In this document: one piece after another, positions 1-7,358 of the stretch
Layout: every line of letters starts with the position of its first letter
Numbering within the stretch: the stretch's first letter is position 1
From: Cytophagaceae bacterium
Lineage (GTDB): Bacteria > Bacteroidota > Bacteroidia > Cytophagales > Cytophagaceae
Direction: 5' to 3'
DNA length: 49,699 nt
NCBI GenBank assembly: GCA_014376985.1
Contig: JACMQM010000104.1
Coordinates: forward strand, 1-49,699
Program-made: the position numbers and the translations under genes
Notes under the pieces: model-generated
Seen by the model: the letters and a program-made list of their open reading frames with translations, nothing else
Told to the model about the DNA's origin: nothing
Database searches by the model: none

Positions 1-69
1 CACTCACTCTTCACTATTTTTTCACTAAAACGTTTCATGTAACCGCCGAAATAGTTACTTTTACATCAT

Positions 70-140
70 GGTCCTGTGGCCGAGTGGCTAGGCTCAGCTC
101 TGCAAAAGCTGCTACACCAGTTCGAATCTGGTCGGGACCT
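70..140 (+). tRNA. tRNA-Cys (anticodon GCA)
   Basis: Manual cloverleaf: acceptor GGTCCTG/CGGGACC (one G-U), anticodon stem CAGCT/AGCTG, loop CTGCAAA with GCA at 102-104, T arm ACCAG-TTCGAAT-CTGGT, discriminator T140. CCA is not encoded. Confidence 0.85.
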
Positions 141-153
141 CTATTTAATTGAT

Positions 154-191
154 AAAACCGCTCCAATTATGTAAATTGCAGCGGTTTTTTT
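154..191 (+). terminator. rho-independent terminator after tRNA-Cys
   Basis: Stem AACCGCT/AGCGGTT followed by a T7 run (185-191). An identical copy lies at 49602-49639. Confidence 0.6.
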
Positions 192-197
192 ATGCAC

Positions 198-214
198 GTC
201 ACAAATTTGTAACA
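198..214. promoter_or_regulatory. imperfect palindrome GTCACAAATTTGTAACA overlapping the int start codon
   Basis: Near-symmetric 17-mer. Related copies at 49309-49325, 49510-49526 and 49646-49662. Confidence 0.4.
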
Positions 215-1545
215 TGGCAACAATTAAATTTTATCTCCGGAAATCCACCACAAGTAATACAGCGGGCATTCAGTGCTCGGTATCCTGGCCAGGAAACAGA
301 ATACAGAAATCCACCGGGCAGACCTGCCTTGTAAAAGACTGGTCCGAATCCTCCTCCAGGATCAAACCATCCGGCTATCATTCGAATCCCATCAACTCAC
401 TTCTCGATACCATTTTTTCAAATCTCAATACCCATTTTACGAATTGCCGGCTTGGTAAATCTCCAATACTCCAGGAAGAAATTGAGGAAATTATATCAGG
501 AAAGACGGCACCATCAAAAAGCCAAATCATTGAGGAACTCATAAAAGAATTTTCTGCGGCGTCACTTTCGGGGGACCGCCGAACATCGGAAGGGAAAAAG
601 ATTACCGCCGGCACACTGAAGGGGTATAAAAACTCTTTCACGTGTCTTATGGCATATCTGACCCCTAAACGTATTACATCAATTGACCAGGTAACAGAAA
701 AGGCAATAAAGGGATGGCAGGCGTGGCAATGGGAGGATAAGCCTGGAAAGAATAAAAAGGGAGAGGATATTGTAGTCCCGGGGTACTACGATAACTATGT
801 GGGCAGAAATGCCAGGGTATGGAATGCCTTTGCCACCTGGTTGGAAAACACCGGTAAAAGTAATAAGCTCCCCAGGGCCAAAGCCTGGAAGGAGGATATC
901 GATATTGTTGCCCTTGAACCTGACGAATTGAAAGCGATGGCCCAGTGGTCACCAGCAGATCCAATCATAGTTTACACCAGGGATATCTTCTTGCTTGGTT
1001 GCATGACTTGTTTACGGGTTTCCGATTTACTATCACTAAAATCGGATAACGTTGTGAACTCTGCCGGTGGTTGGTCCCTATCTGTTGTTGTTACAAAAAC
1101 CACGAAATCAATGCAGATAAAACTTAACCCTTTTTCTAAAAAAATTATAGAGGAACGCATGGCGCAGGGTAATGATTTCCTTTTTCCAGACGTTAGCGAT
1201 CAGGAGTTCAACCGGCGGTTAAAAGACCTATCGAAAGCCTTTGCGCTGCACCTGAAAGAGGCCAACATTGAAACGGCTAACAACTGGATGGGGAACTTTG
1301 CGAGAACGCGTTACAGGGCCGGAGAACCATTTACGGATGTGGTTCCGATGGTTGACATGGTATCCAGCCACACTATGCGCAGGACCGGTATAACATCGTT
1401 GCTAATTATGGGGGTGCCTGAAATATTGGTAAAAAAAGTATCTGGGCACTCGGGCACTTCTAAATCGTTTGCAAAATATGTAAGGTTCGCGCAGCACTTT
1501 ATCGATTCTACGGCAAACTCCGCATGGATAAAGGTGTTTGAGTGA
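214..1545 (+). CDS. int: tyrosine site-specific integrase
   Basis: 443-aa ORF next to the tRNA. Catalytic-region motifs LRVSDLLSL (Arg box), HTMRRTGITSLL (HxxR) and GHSGTSKSFAKYV (His...Tyr). N-terminus MATIKFYLRK resembles the arm-binding domain of Bacteroidota integrases. Confidence 0.9.
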   Translation: MATIKFYLRKSTTSNTAGIQCSVSWPGNRIQKSTGQTCLVKDWSESSSRIKPSGYHSNPINSLLDTIFSNLNTHFTNCRLGKSPILQEEIEEIISGKTAPSKSQIIEELIKEFSAASLSGDRRTSEGKKITAGTLKGYKNSFTCLMAYLTPKRITSIDQVTEKAIKGWQAWQWEDKPGKNKKGEDIVVPGYYDNYVGRNARVWNAFATWLENTGKSNKLPRAKAWKEDIDIVALEPDELKAMAQWSPADPIIVYTRDIFLLGCMTCLRVSDLLSLKSDNVVNSAGGWSLSVVVTKTTKSMQIKLNPFSKKIIEERMAQGNDFLFPDVSDQEFNRRLKDLSKAFALHLKEANIETANNWMGNFARTRYRAGEPFTDVVPMVDMVSSHTMRRTGITSLLIMGVPEILVKKVSGHSGTSKSFAKYVRFAQHFIDSTANSAWIKVFE

Positions 1546-1752
1546 TCAAACATGTTATGTTGCAACATGTTAATAAATTGTAAAAGTGTTGCACCGTCTA
1601 TTGTTTATTCCATATAATTGTGGAAAAAATTACGCATTATGTTTTGTTATTCTAATTTTTGGTTGAAGCTGGAGCGGTTATTACTTAAATTTCGCCTGTT
1701 TATTGGCAAAAGTAAAATTCTATATTACAACACGCTATTGTACTTTAAGTGA

Positions 1753-2082
1753 TTACTCTTTTGATTTCACTTTTTCTCTTAATAATGCAATAAAATCAGC
1801 TTGTAACTCAAGCTGATTTTTTAATTCCTGGTTTTCAATAAGCAATTTCTCCCTTTCCAATTCAGCCTCGTAATTGGTTGTACCTTCAACAAAGAAGTAT
1901 GATATGTGAACGTTAAAAATATCGGCTATTTTTTGTAATTTTTCTATTGGGGGTACAGTCGTTCCATTTTCATAATAGCTTATTTGCTGTTTTTTAACAC
2001 CTACTTTATGGCCAAGTTGTTCTTGAGTCAAACCTGATGCCTCACGTAAAGAGGTGATTTTAAGCTTAATATTTTTTATCAT
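1753..2082 (-). CDS. XRE-family HTH repressor (cI-like) with C-terminal coiled coil
   Basis: LTQEQLGHKVGVKKQQISYYENG is a classic XRE helix-turn-helix. The gene is divergent from the early operon. Confidence 0.85.
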   Translation of the reverse strand: MIKNIKLKITSLREASGLTQEQLGHKVGVKKQQISYYENGTTVPPIEKLQKIADIFNVHISYFFVEGTTNYEAELEREKLLIENQELKNQLELQADFIALLREKVKSKE

Positions 2083-2135
2083 AACTTTTTATGTAAAAAA
2101 AGGTAAATAATATTTGACTAGTAATGTTTAATTGT

Positions 2136-2163
2136 TTTACTTTGAGACATATTACAAAGTAAA
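2136..2163. promoter_or_regulatory. candidate operator in the divergent immunity intergenic region
   Basis: Inverted repeat TTTACTTTG (2136-2144) / CAAAGTAAA (2155-2163) with a 10-nt spacer, between the repressor and the cro-like gene. Confidence 0.4.
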
Positions 2164-2178
2164 TAGTTTAAAGTAGAT

Positions 2179-2367
2179 ATGAAAGACGCCGCCTCTAAAA
2201 ACACCAAGAAAACGCACCCGGCCGGTCTAAGATTACCAAATGATCTAAAAACAGCGATTTTCAAAGCTTCGCAAAAAGCATCTGGTAAAGCGGGTAAACA
2301 CGTATCTGAGCACAAACTTATGATACAAGGATTGTATCGTATTTTTTTGCCTGAAAAGTCAAATTAA
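2179..2367 (+). CDS. small ribbon-helix-helix-like (cro-analogue) protein
   Basis: 62 aa and the first gene of the rightward early operon. GLRLPNDLKTAIFKASQKA looks like an RHH beta-strand plus helix. Confidence 0.5.
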   Translation: MKDAASKNTKKTHPAGLRLPNDLKTAIFKASQKASGKAGKHVSEHKLMIQGLYRIFLPEKSN

Positions 2368-2374
2368 ATTTGTC

Positions 2375-2680
2375 ATGTCAAGTATGGTAGCTGAAAAAGG
2401 AATGGTAATGTTAAGCGCAGAGGAGTTGGTCCAAATGATCAGAGATGAACGCCGCGAGGCTGTCCTGATTGTGATGGGAGAAATAGGCGAAGAGAAACCA
2501 ATGACCAGATCCGAAGTGAAAATTTTCCTTGGTAAAGAGGGTCGCCCACTAAGTGAAGAAACTCTCCGAAAATACATCAAACAGGAAAGTAATCCACTGC
2601 CGTACGGCGGCAAAGGTAAGATGACATACTTCTACAAAAACGAAATCAGGGAATGGCTTTCGCGTCAAAAAGATGAATAA
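2375..2680 (+). CDS. excisionase-family / MerR-like HTH DNA-binding protein
   Basis: The C-terminal half MTRSEVKIFLG...ETLRKYIKQ...YFYKNEIREWL matches the excisionase-type HTH pattern. Confidence 0.55.
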   Translation: MSSMVAEKGMVMLSAEELVQMIRDERREAVLIVMGEIGEEKPMTRSEVKIFLGKEGRPLSEETLRKYIKQESNPLPYGGKGKMTYFYKNEIREWLSRQKDE

Positions 2681-2798
2681 AATATCCACATACATCATTG
2701 CATCCGCCGCGACTCTATTAGTAACCGGTGGAGTGATTTGCTTGATAATGATTGTCAAGGAACACGCAGAAACTTTTGATCACCTATTTAAATTTTAG
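2673..2798 (+). CDS. 41-aa single-pass membrane peptide (not in ORF track)
   Basis: ATG at 2673 overlaps the preceding stop by 8 nt. Product MNKISTYIIASAATLLVTGGVICLIMIVKEHAETFDHLFKF. It ends 4 nt before the next ATG (2803). Confidence 0.4.
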   Translation: MNKISTYIIASAATLLVTGGVICLIMIVKEHAETFDHLFKF

Positions 2799-2802
2799 TC
2801 CA

Positions 2803-3102
2803 ATGAATTTACGCGACTTATTCAGCAGCAAAGAAATTAATGACATGGCGAACTCTGAAAGGATCGCCGAGGATGCCAGACGCGGCATCCTAAACCTTTC
2901 ACTTTTGACGAGTGCCCAGCGTGCCCGTTATAAACAAAGGATGAAAGAGAAGGCCTACGATCACGCCTACAGAACGGGGTTGAACATGTACAACTATTTC
3001 TGCCCTACTGGAAAGGTTCAAATCAGTTACCCGCCATCAAGACTACAGCGCGTGTTTAACGCCAACCAAAATAAAGTAGTTACCATTAGACATTTTAACT
3101 AA
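2803..3102 (+). CDS. hypothetical protein
   Basis: ORF track gives 2752-3102. The internal ATG at 2803 (MNLRDLF) avoids overlap with the 41-aa ORF. Confidence 0.5.
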   Translation: MNLRDLFSSKEINDMANSERIAEDARRGILNLSLLTSAQRARYKQRMKEKAYDHAYRTGLNMYNYFCPTGKVQISYPPSRLQRVFNANQNKVVTIRHFN

Positions 3103-3103
3103 G

Positions 3104-3322
3104 ATGGGTGTACACAAAATAGAACTCTGGCTAAATAATCGTGCAAAGTTGATCACGTACAGAGAAGAAGAGGGCAATGTTGAAATACTTTTTATCAACG
3201 CTACAGATCGCCTCAACTTGACAATTGACGAGTTGAAAGTAGCCACCGGAAAACTTAACGACGCGCTCGAAAAGAAATCCGCCTCCAATGTTCAACCAGT
3301 AACAGAAACAGCATGCCACTAA
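3104..3322 (+). CDS. hypothetical protein
   Basis: Starts 2 nt after the previous stop, consistent with operon packing. Confidence 0.5.
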   Translation: MGVHKIELWLNNRAKLITYREEEGNVEILFINATDRLNLTIDELKVATGKLNDALEKKSASNVQPVTETACH

Positions 3323-3540
3323 AACAAATTACCTGGAAAAATACAGATGATACACATCATTGTTTTTGTGGAGATAGATGGGTTGGTCAAGTACTTATAG
3401 GTTTACCATCTAATGGATATGATTATTACTGTGAACTAACATCCAAGCGTGGGCATACACAAAACGTTGCCGATGCAATGAAAGCCGTTGAACAGTCTTT
3501 AAAAGAATTATCAACTCAAATTTTTACCGATGGCAAATAA
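3313..3540 (+). CDS. hypothetical protein
   Basis: Start overlaps the upstream ORF end by 10 nt. Confidence 0.5.
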   Translation: MPLKQITWKNTDDTHHCFCGDRWVGQVLIGLPSNGYDYYCELTSKRGHTQNVADAMKAVEQSLKELSTQIFTDGK

Positions 3541-3721
3541 AGCAGAGGATTTTAAACAACAGATTTTAAAATCACACCGGTTATCGTTGAACGAAACCGA
3601 TTTAAAGTTGCTAGAGTCGCAGCTGGATGTTTTGATCACTTATGTAAAGTATGACGAACCATCGCCAGAAAAACAAACAGTTGTACTAAAACCGAGGGTT
3701 GGCCTAACGCACGATGAATAA
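3530..3721 (+). CDS. hypothetical protein
   Basis: Start overlaps the upstream ORF end. Confidence 0.5.
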   Translation: MANKAEDFKQQILKSHRLSLNETDLKLLESQLDVLITYVKYDEPSPEKQTVVLKPRVGLTHDE

Positions 3722-3980
3722 TGTTGAAACGTTACCACCTCCTGAAAAATACAAACGTGTTAAGCCGTTTGATTTCCAGTGCCCGAAGTGCGATAAAGGA
3801 TTTAGCGACTCGGAAAAAACATACACCAGATTATTGGAGTTGGACAGATCCAAATCAGTTACAATAAAATGCGAGTGCTTACACGTGTTTGAGATAACTA
3901 AAAATTTTGAAGGTGTAATTAGTGTGTATCGTCTCAATGCCATTAACCAGTGGGACGCGCTAAGAAAACCTAGACATTGA
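3714..3980 (+). CDS. hypothetical Cys-containing (zinc-ribbon-like) protein
   Basis: CPKC...CEC arrangement. Start overlaps the upstream ORF end. Confidence 0.5.
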   Translation: MNNVETLPPPEKYKRVKPFDFQCPKCDKGFSDSEKTYTRLLELDRSKSVTIKCECLHVFEITKNFEGVISVYRLNAINQWDALRKPRH

Positions 3981-4162
3981 GCAGAAGGCTCTTTCCCTGG
4001 CCATTGAATAGACACCTTTTTATTACGACACATACGGAATCGATAAGGCCGGCCAGGGTTTCAAAGCAACAAATTAAAAATACAGAATACGAGAGCGACC
4101 TGCATTGACAGGCGCTCCGAGCCTTTCACAATTAGAACCTTTCGGGGTATAGGTAACCGAAT

Positions 4163-4489
4163 ATGGGAATGAAAAAGTTAAGAGTATTGGCATTGTCAGT
4201 TGTAACCCTTGAAGGTGTAGAAACAACAAAGTTTGAAATCCTTGAAGGTAACGAAGGTAAAGAGCCAAAAATCATTGGTCTTTCTGAAACTGACGAGGCG
4301 AATTTCGGAAAGTTCGAAGGTGGTAAAGAATACGACATCGAAGTATCAGAGGAACAGTGGGCGGAGATCGAATCGGCGGCAATTGCGCAGGATGAAAATT
4401 CTGAAAACACAGAATTGAAAGACGGCGAAACAGTAGACAACGCGGACATCGTGGATGCTGCTGAAGCGAAACAAGAAGGACAAGAGTAA
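4163..4489 (+). CDS. highly acidic small protein
   Basis: 108 aa and very rich in Glu/Asp (for example EVSEEQWAEIESAAIAQDENSENTELKDGETVDNADIVDAAE). Confidence 0.6.
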   Translation: MGMKKLRVLALSVVTLEGVETTKFEILEGNEGKEPKIIGLSETDEANFGKFEGGKEYDIEVSEEQWAEIESAAIAQDENSENTELKDGETVDNADIVDAAEAKQEGQE

Positions 4490-4495
4490 ATGGTC

Positions 4496-4577
4496 GCGGG
4501 GTTGGCAGAGTGGCAGAATGTAAAGGTCAATCGCCTGGTGGTTGGTCTCCTCGGGGGGTCGAGTCCCTCACCCCGCA
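4496..4577 (+). tRNA. tRNA-like gene with long variable region; anticodon arm not resolvable
   Basis: 7-bp acceptor GCGGGGT/ACCCCGC, T arm GGGGG-GTCGAGT-CCCTC and a D-loop-like GAGTGGCAGAA. No 5-bp anticodon stem with a 7-nt loop could be drawn. Confidence 0.5.
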
Positions 4578-4664
4578 CACTCCAGCAACGCGTACAGAAG
4601 CTCGATTGATTTGTCGGTTTTAACCGGAATAGAGGCCGGTAGCCCCTTTGAGTAGGGGCACTTT

Positions 4665-4747
4665 GGAACCTTAGCTCAGTTGGCAGAGCATTCGCCGTTA
4701 CGAATTAAATACAGCGTCGCGCCCAGGTTCGACCCCTGGAGGTTTCT
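4665..4747 (+). tRNA. tRNA-like gene with 6-nt anticodon loop and long extra arm
   Basis: Acceptor GGAACCT/AGGTTTC, D arm GCTC-AGTTGGCA-GAGC and T arm CCAGG-TTCGACC-CCTGG are canonical. The anticodon stem ATTCG/CGAAT encloses only CCGTTA, followed by about 17 nt of extra sequence. Confidence 0.55.
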
Positions 4748-4762
4748 CTAAAATTATTACGC

Positions 4763-4927
4763 ATGACCACATCAACTCAAGTTTTAAATTTTCTGGATGA
4801 TAATTCTGAAAATCTTACTAAGCAGGAATACAAAAACTGTTTGGAGTCCATACTTACAGGTATTGAGTCTCGCCTCGATTGTGTAAAAGAAGAATTAGAG
4901 GAGGAAGACAAAGAACAAAATGGCTAA
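4763..4927 (+). CDS. 54-aa hypothetical acidic protein (not in ORF track)
   Basis: ATG at 4763 to TAA at 4925-4927. Product MTTSTQVLNFLDDNSENLTKQEYKNCLESILTGIESRLDCVKEELEEEDKEQNG. Confidence 0.4.
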   Translation: MTTSTQVLNFLDDNSENLTKQEYKNCLESILTGIESRLDCVKEELEEEDKEQNG

Positions 4928-5093
4928 GACAACTAAGCCACAGACCAAATCACAACGGCTCCGCTGGACTATTGAGAAAATTTGGGCCAAAGGTAAAAAG
5001 GAAAAGCCATTTGAACAATACTATTCTGATGTAATGGATATAATAATTAACCACTACGAGGAAAAGTATTTGAAAGCACCCCGCTCCCATTAA
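4920..5093 (+). CDS. 57-aa hypothetical basic protein (not in ORF track)
   Basis: ATG at 4920 overlaps the previous stop. Product MAKTTKPQTKSQRLRWTIEKIWAKGKKEKPFEQYYSDVMDIIINHYEEKYLKAPRSH. Confidence 0.4.
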   Translation: MAKTTKPQTKSQRLRWTIEKIWAKGKKEKPFEQYYSDVMDIIINHYEEKYLKAPRSH

Positions 5094-5154
5094 ACAATTA
5101 ATTCAACCCTTTTAAAATAAGTGGTTTTAGGTTAGAAGGAAGATTTATTTATGG

Positions 5155-5340
5155 CCGCCCGGGAGCGGGTTAGGGCGGTTTTTTCGAGTAAACAATGGAG
5201 GTGCCGGCTTTATTCAGTGGGCGAGGGTTAGCCACCCAATAATAAAAGCTGAATAGTTAGAACAGATCGACCCGGTCCCACTAAAATAAAATTAACTGGT
5301 TGTTGATTGATTCTACCGTGCGGGATCGGGTTAGCACGGT
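5155..5340 (+). ncRNA. non-coding leader with repeated hairpins carrying a conserved GGGTTA loop
   Basis: Copy 1 is CCGCCC-GGGAGCGGGTTA-GGGCGG followed by T6 (5155-5184). Copy 2 is ACCGTGC-GGGATCGGGTTA-GCACGGT (5315-5340). A degenerate copy lies around 5218-5238. Confidence 0.5.
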
Positions 5341-5358
5341 CACCTCTTAAAAATAATT

Positions 5359-5622
5359 ATGACGATGAAGGAAATTGAAGAACTAAAAGAAAGACTAACA
5401 AAAATCTGCGAACTGGCCGGCGATGGTAAATATTTATTCAACGTCTCAGATGTTGCGGTACTGTTAAAGCTTTTAGAAGATCAAAACCGAAACATCCAAA
5501 CACAGCATTTACGACTGCTGGACATACAACAGTTATCACATTTTCCAGTGTGTCATCAAGGAACTACTCCTCGAGTAATGAATTTGATTTTCAAAGACAT
5601 TAACAACCGGTGCGCCGATTAA
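5359..5622 (+). CDS. hypothetical protein
   Basis: 87-aa ORF directly after the hairpin leader. Confidence 0.55.
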   Translation: MTMKEIEELKERLTKICELAGDGKYLFNVSDVAVLLKLLEDQNRNIQTQHLRLLDIQQLSHFPVCHQGTTPRVMNLIFKDINNRCAD

Positions 5623-5623
5623 C

Positions 5624-5965
5624 ATGGCAAACACTTACGAACTATCGGACGGTACCAGGTTAAAGAAAAGCACAATTGATCGCCTGGTAAAAGAATGTAA
5701 AGACAGGGTAAGCCAGGCAGTAATAAACGATCAGGGTTATCTCGTGTGTGAGGATTGCCGCCGGAACGATTGCCAACCTGTAGAACGCTCCCACAACATA
5801 TCGGTGGATATGTGTCAAAAGTTAGGGGTAACAGAGTACGCATACGCAGATGAAAACATTACGCACCGTGGCCAGCCATGCCACAAAATATACGACTCAA
5901 AACCAAACAGAGATTTGATAAACAAACTCCTGGCGCGGTTGAAACCAAACAGTAACCAATTTTAA
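5624..5965 (+). CDS. Cys/His-rich protein, possible zinc-binding HNH-like nuclease
   Basis: Contains CEDCRRNDC...ERSHNIS...HRGQPCH. The functional assignment is weak. Confidence 0.45.
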   Translation: MANTYELSDGTRLKKSTIDRLVKECKDRVSQAVINDQGYLVCEDCRRNDCQPVERSHNISVDMCQKLGVTEYAYADENITHRGQPCHKIYDSKPNRDLINKLLARLKPNSNQF

Positions 5966-5972
5966 GTTTTAT

Positions 5973-6386
5973 ATGAAAAATCAAATTTTAGAAGAGCTTC
6001 CTATAGAAGAGCGAGAGCAGGGGTTGCGTGATATTTGTTGTGGTCATGAAGTCCAAGACTATAAGCGCGAATTCAACGAGGAGGAGATTACGGACATGAG
6101 TAAATTCTATGTTCAGAAATCTACTGCACAATCCCGATCAGTAGTTCAAAAAAAGGCAGTCATTGACAGCCTGAAATCTGAATTGAAAATCGCACAAAAG
6201 GAACTTGACAAAATGCTCAGTATTATTTCAACTGGCCACGAGGTGGTACAGGGTGAAGTTTACATGATAGACGATCAAGAATCTGGCATGATGGGTTACT
6301 ACGACCCTACAGGAAAGCTTATATCCTCCAGAAGGCTACGCCCTGAAGAGCGCCAACTACGTCTTAACCAATCTAAAGTATCATAA
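5973..6386 (+). CDS. hypothetical coiled-coil protein
   Basis: 137-aa ORF whose stop overlaps the next start (ATAATG). Confidence 0.55.
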   Translation: MKNQILEELPIEEREQGLRDICCGHEVQDYKREFNEEEITDMSKFYVQKSTAQSRSVVQKKAVIDSLKSELKIAQKELDKMLSIISTGHEVVQGEVYMIDDQESGMMGYYDPTGKLISSRRLRPEERQLRLNQSKVS

Positions 6387-7087
6387 TGAAAGACGTAAAT
6401 CTAACACTCGTACAAGGGGAAAACATTTTCCGAACTGGCCCAGCGGCAATTATCCACGAACGCAAACCGGTAATTTTCAGTGGTACCATGGCCGCAGTTG
6501 TTGAGTTCTTCAAAGAACGCAGTAAGAATTTCTCAGAAGAAGAAAAGATCCGTACGCACATCAAGTACACGAAAACGGATAATACGCTTACACTGGTGAT
6601 CAATGAAAATCATCCATTGCAAGATGTTATCACCGGATTGGTTAAAATGAATCCCACCTTTAAGGATTTTGGAATCAACACAGAGAAGTACTACACCCCT
6701 CTAGAATTCGCGAAGTTCATCAGGTTACGCCGATTCATGTTTGCCGATCTGGCAGAATACCAAACATTGTACTCTAAGTTGATGACCAACAAAACAGCCA
6801 TCAACAAAACACAGGACAATGCCAAAGATGAACGTGGCAACTTAATGAATCACCTGGATAAAACCGTTGAAACGAATATCCCTAAGACTTTTAAGTTGAA
6901 CTGTGAAATCATTAAAGGGGCTGGTAAAAACACGGTGATCGTTGAGATTGGCCTTGATGCCGCTGATGCAGGTATGCGCCTTTCCCTTTTCTCCAATGAG
7001 TTGGTTGAACTGGAAGAAAAAATCATTGATGAAACGTTCGCCACTACTCTTAAAGAGTTCGACGGATACCCTGTATTAGAATACTAA
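6386..7087 (+). CDS. hypothetical protein
   Basis: 233-aa ORF followed by a strong terminator. Confidence 0.6.
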   Translation: MKDVNLTLVQGENIFRTGPAAIIHERKPVIFSGTMAAVVEFFKERSKNFSEEEKIRTHIKYTKTDNTLTLVINENHPLQDVITGLVKMNPTFKDFGINTEKYYTPLEFAKFIRLRRFMFADLAEYQTLYSKLMTNKTAINKTQDNAKDERGNLMNHLDKTVETNIPKTFKLNCEIIKGAGKNTVIVEIGLDAADAGMRLSLFSNELVELEEKIIDETFATTLKEFDGYPVLEY

Positions 7088-7090
7088 CCT

Positions 7091-7120
7091 AAAAAGGGAG
7101 GCCACAATCCTCCCTTTTTT
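7091..7120 (+). terminator. rho-independent (bidirectional-looking) terminator
   Basis: A5-GGGAGG-ccacaat-CCTCCC-T6. Confidence 0.7.
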
Positions 7121-7133
7121 ATTCCCTACACAA

Positions 7134-7358
7134 ATGGAAAAAATATCAATGCACGATAGGGCCTTGGCTCAACTGGAGAAGAATGGAACATTGACAAAGG
7201 GCCAGTTTTTCAATTTAACGGGGTCCTGTTGCCTTAACGAGTACATCCGAATACTAAGACAGCAGGGACATAACATCGTGACGGAGAAAGACGCCCACAA
7301 CAAGCCATGCCGGTATGTGCTGGTTAAAGAAGAAGCAACGACTGTAAAAAATGGCTAG
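7134..7358 (+). CDS. small winged-helix/HTH-like protein
   Basis: 74 aa with the pattern LTKGQFFNLTG...NEYIRILRQQGHNI. Confidence 0.45.
   Translation: MEKISMHDRALAQLEKNGTLTKGQFFNLTGSCCLNEYIRILRQQGHNIVTEKDAHNKPCRYVLVKEEATTVKNG

Larger units (their letters stand above)
127..251. repeat. left copy of a direct repeat of at least 125 bp (att core + terminator + palindrome + first 38 nt of int)
   Basis: Reads identically to 49575-49699, compared base by base by eye. Starts at TCTGGTCGGGACCTCT in the tRNA T-loop/acceptor. Confidence 0.9.

Noticed and set aside
1549-1571. Palindrome cluster AACATGTT-ATGTTGCAACAT-GTT just after the int stop
   Set aside because: It could be a terminator or an operator, but it is short, AT-rich and unique in the window. 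There is insufficient evidence for a specific call.
2083-2178. Assigning Bacteroidota-type promoters (TTTG at -33, TAnnTTTG at -7) in the immunity region and in the 61-bp leader repeats
   Set aside because: TTTG-containing stretches are present, but none fits the full consensus with correct spacing on manual inspection, so no promoter coordinates are claimed.
4132-4578. 148-aa minus-strand ORF
   Set aside because: It is antisense to the acidic-protein ORF and runs through the first tRNA-like gene. Its Ser/Pro/Ala-rich low-complexity translation is typical of a shadow ORF.
2683-6457. DnaA-box-like 9-mers (ATATCCACA at 2683-2691, TTATCCACG at 6449-6457) as targets of the DnaA-domain-IV protein
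   Set aside because: Only two isolated 8/9 matches were noticed, both inside or next to coding sequence and not clustered. This is consistent with chance.
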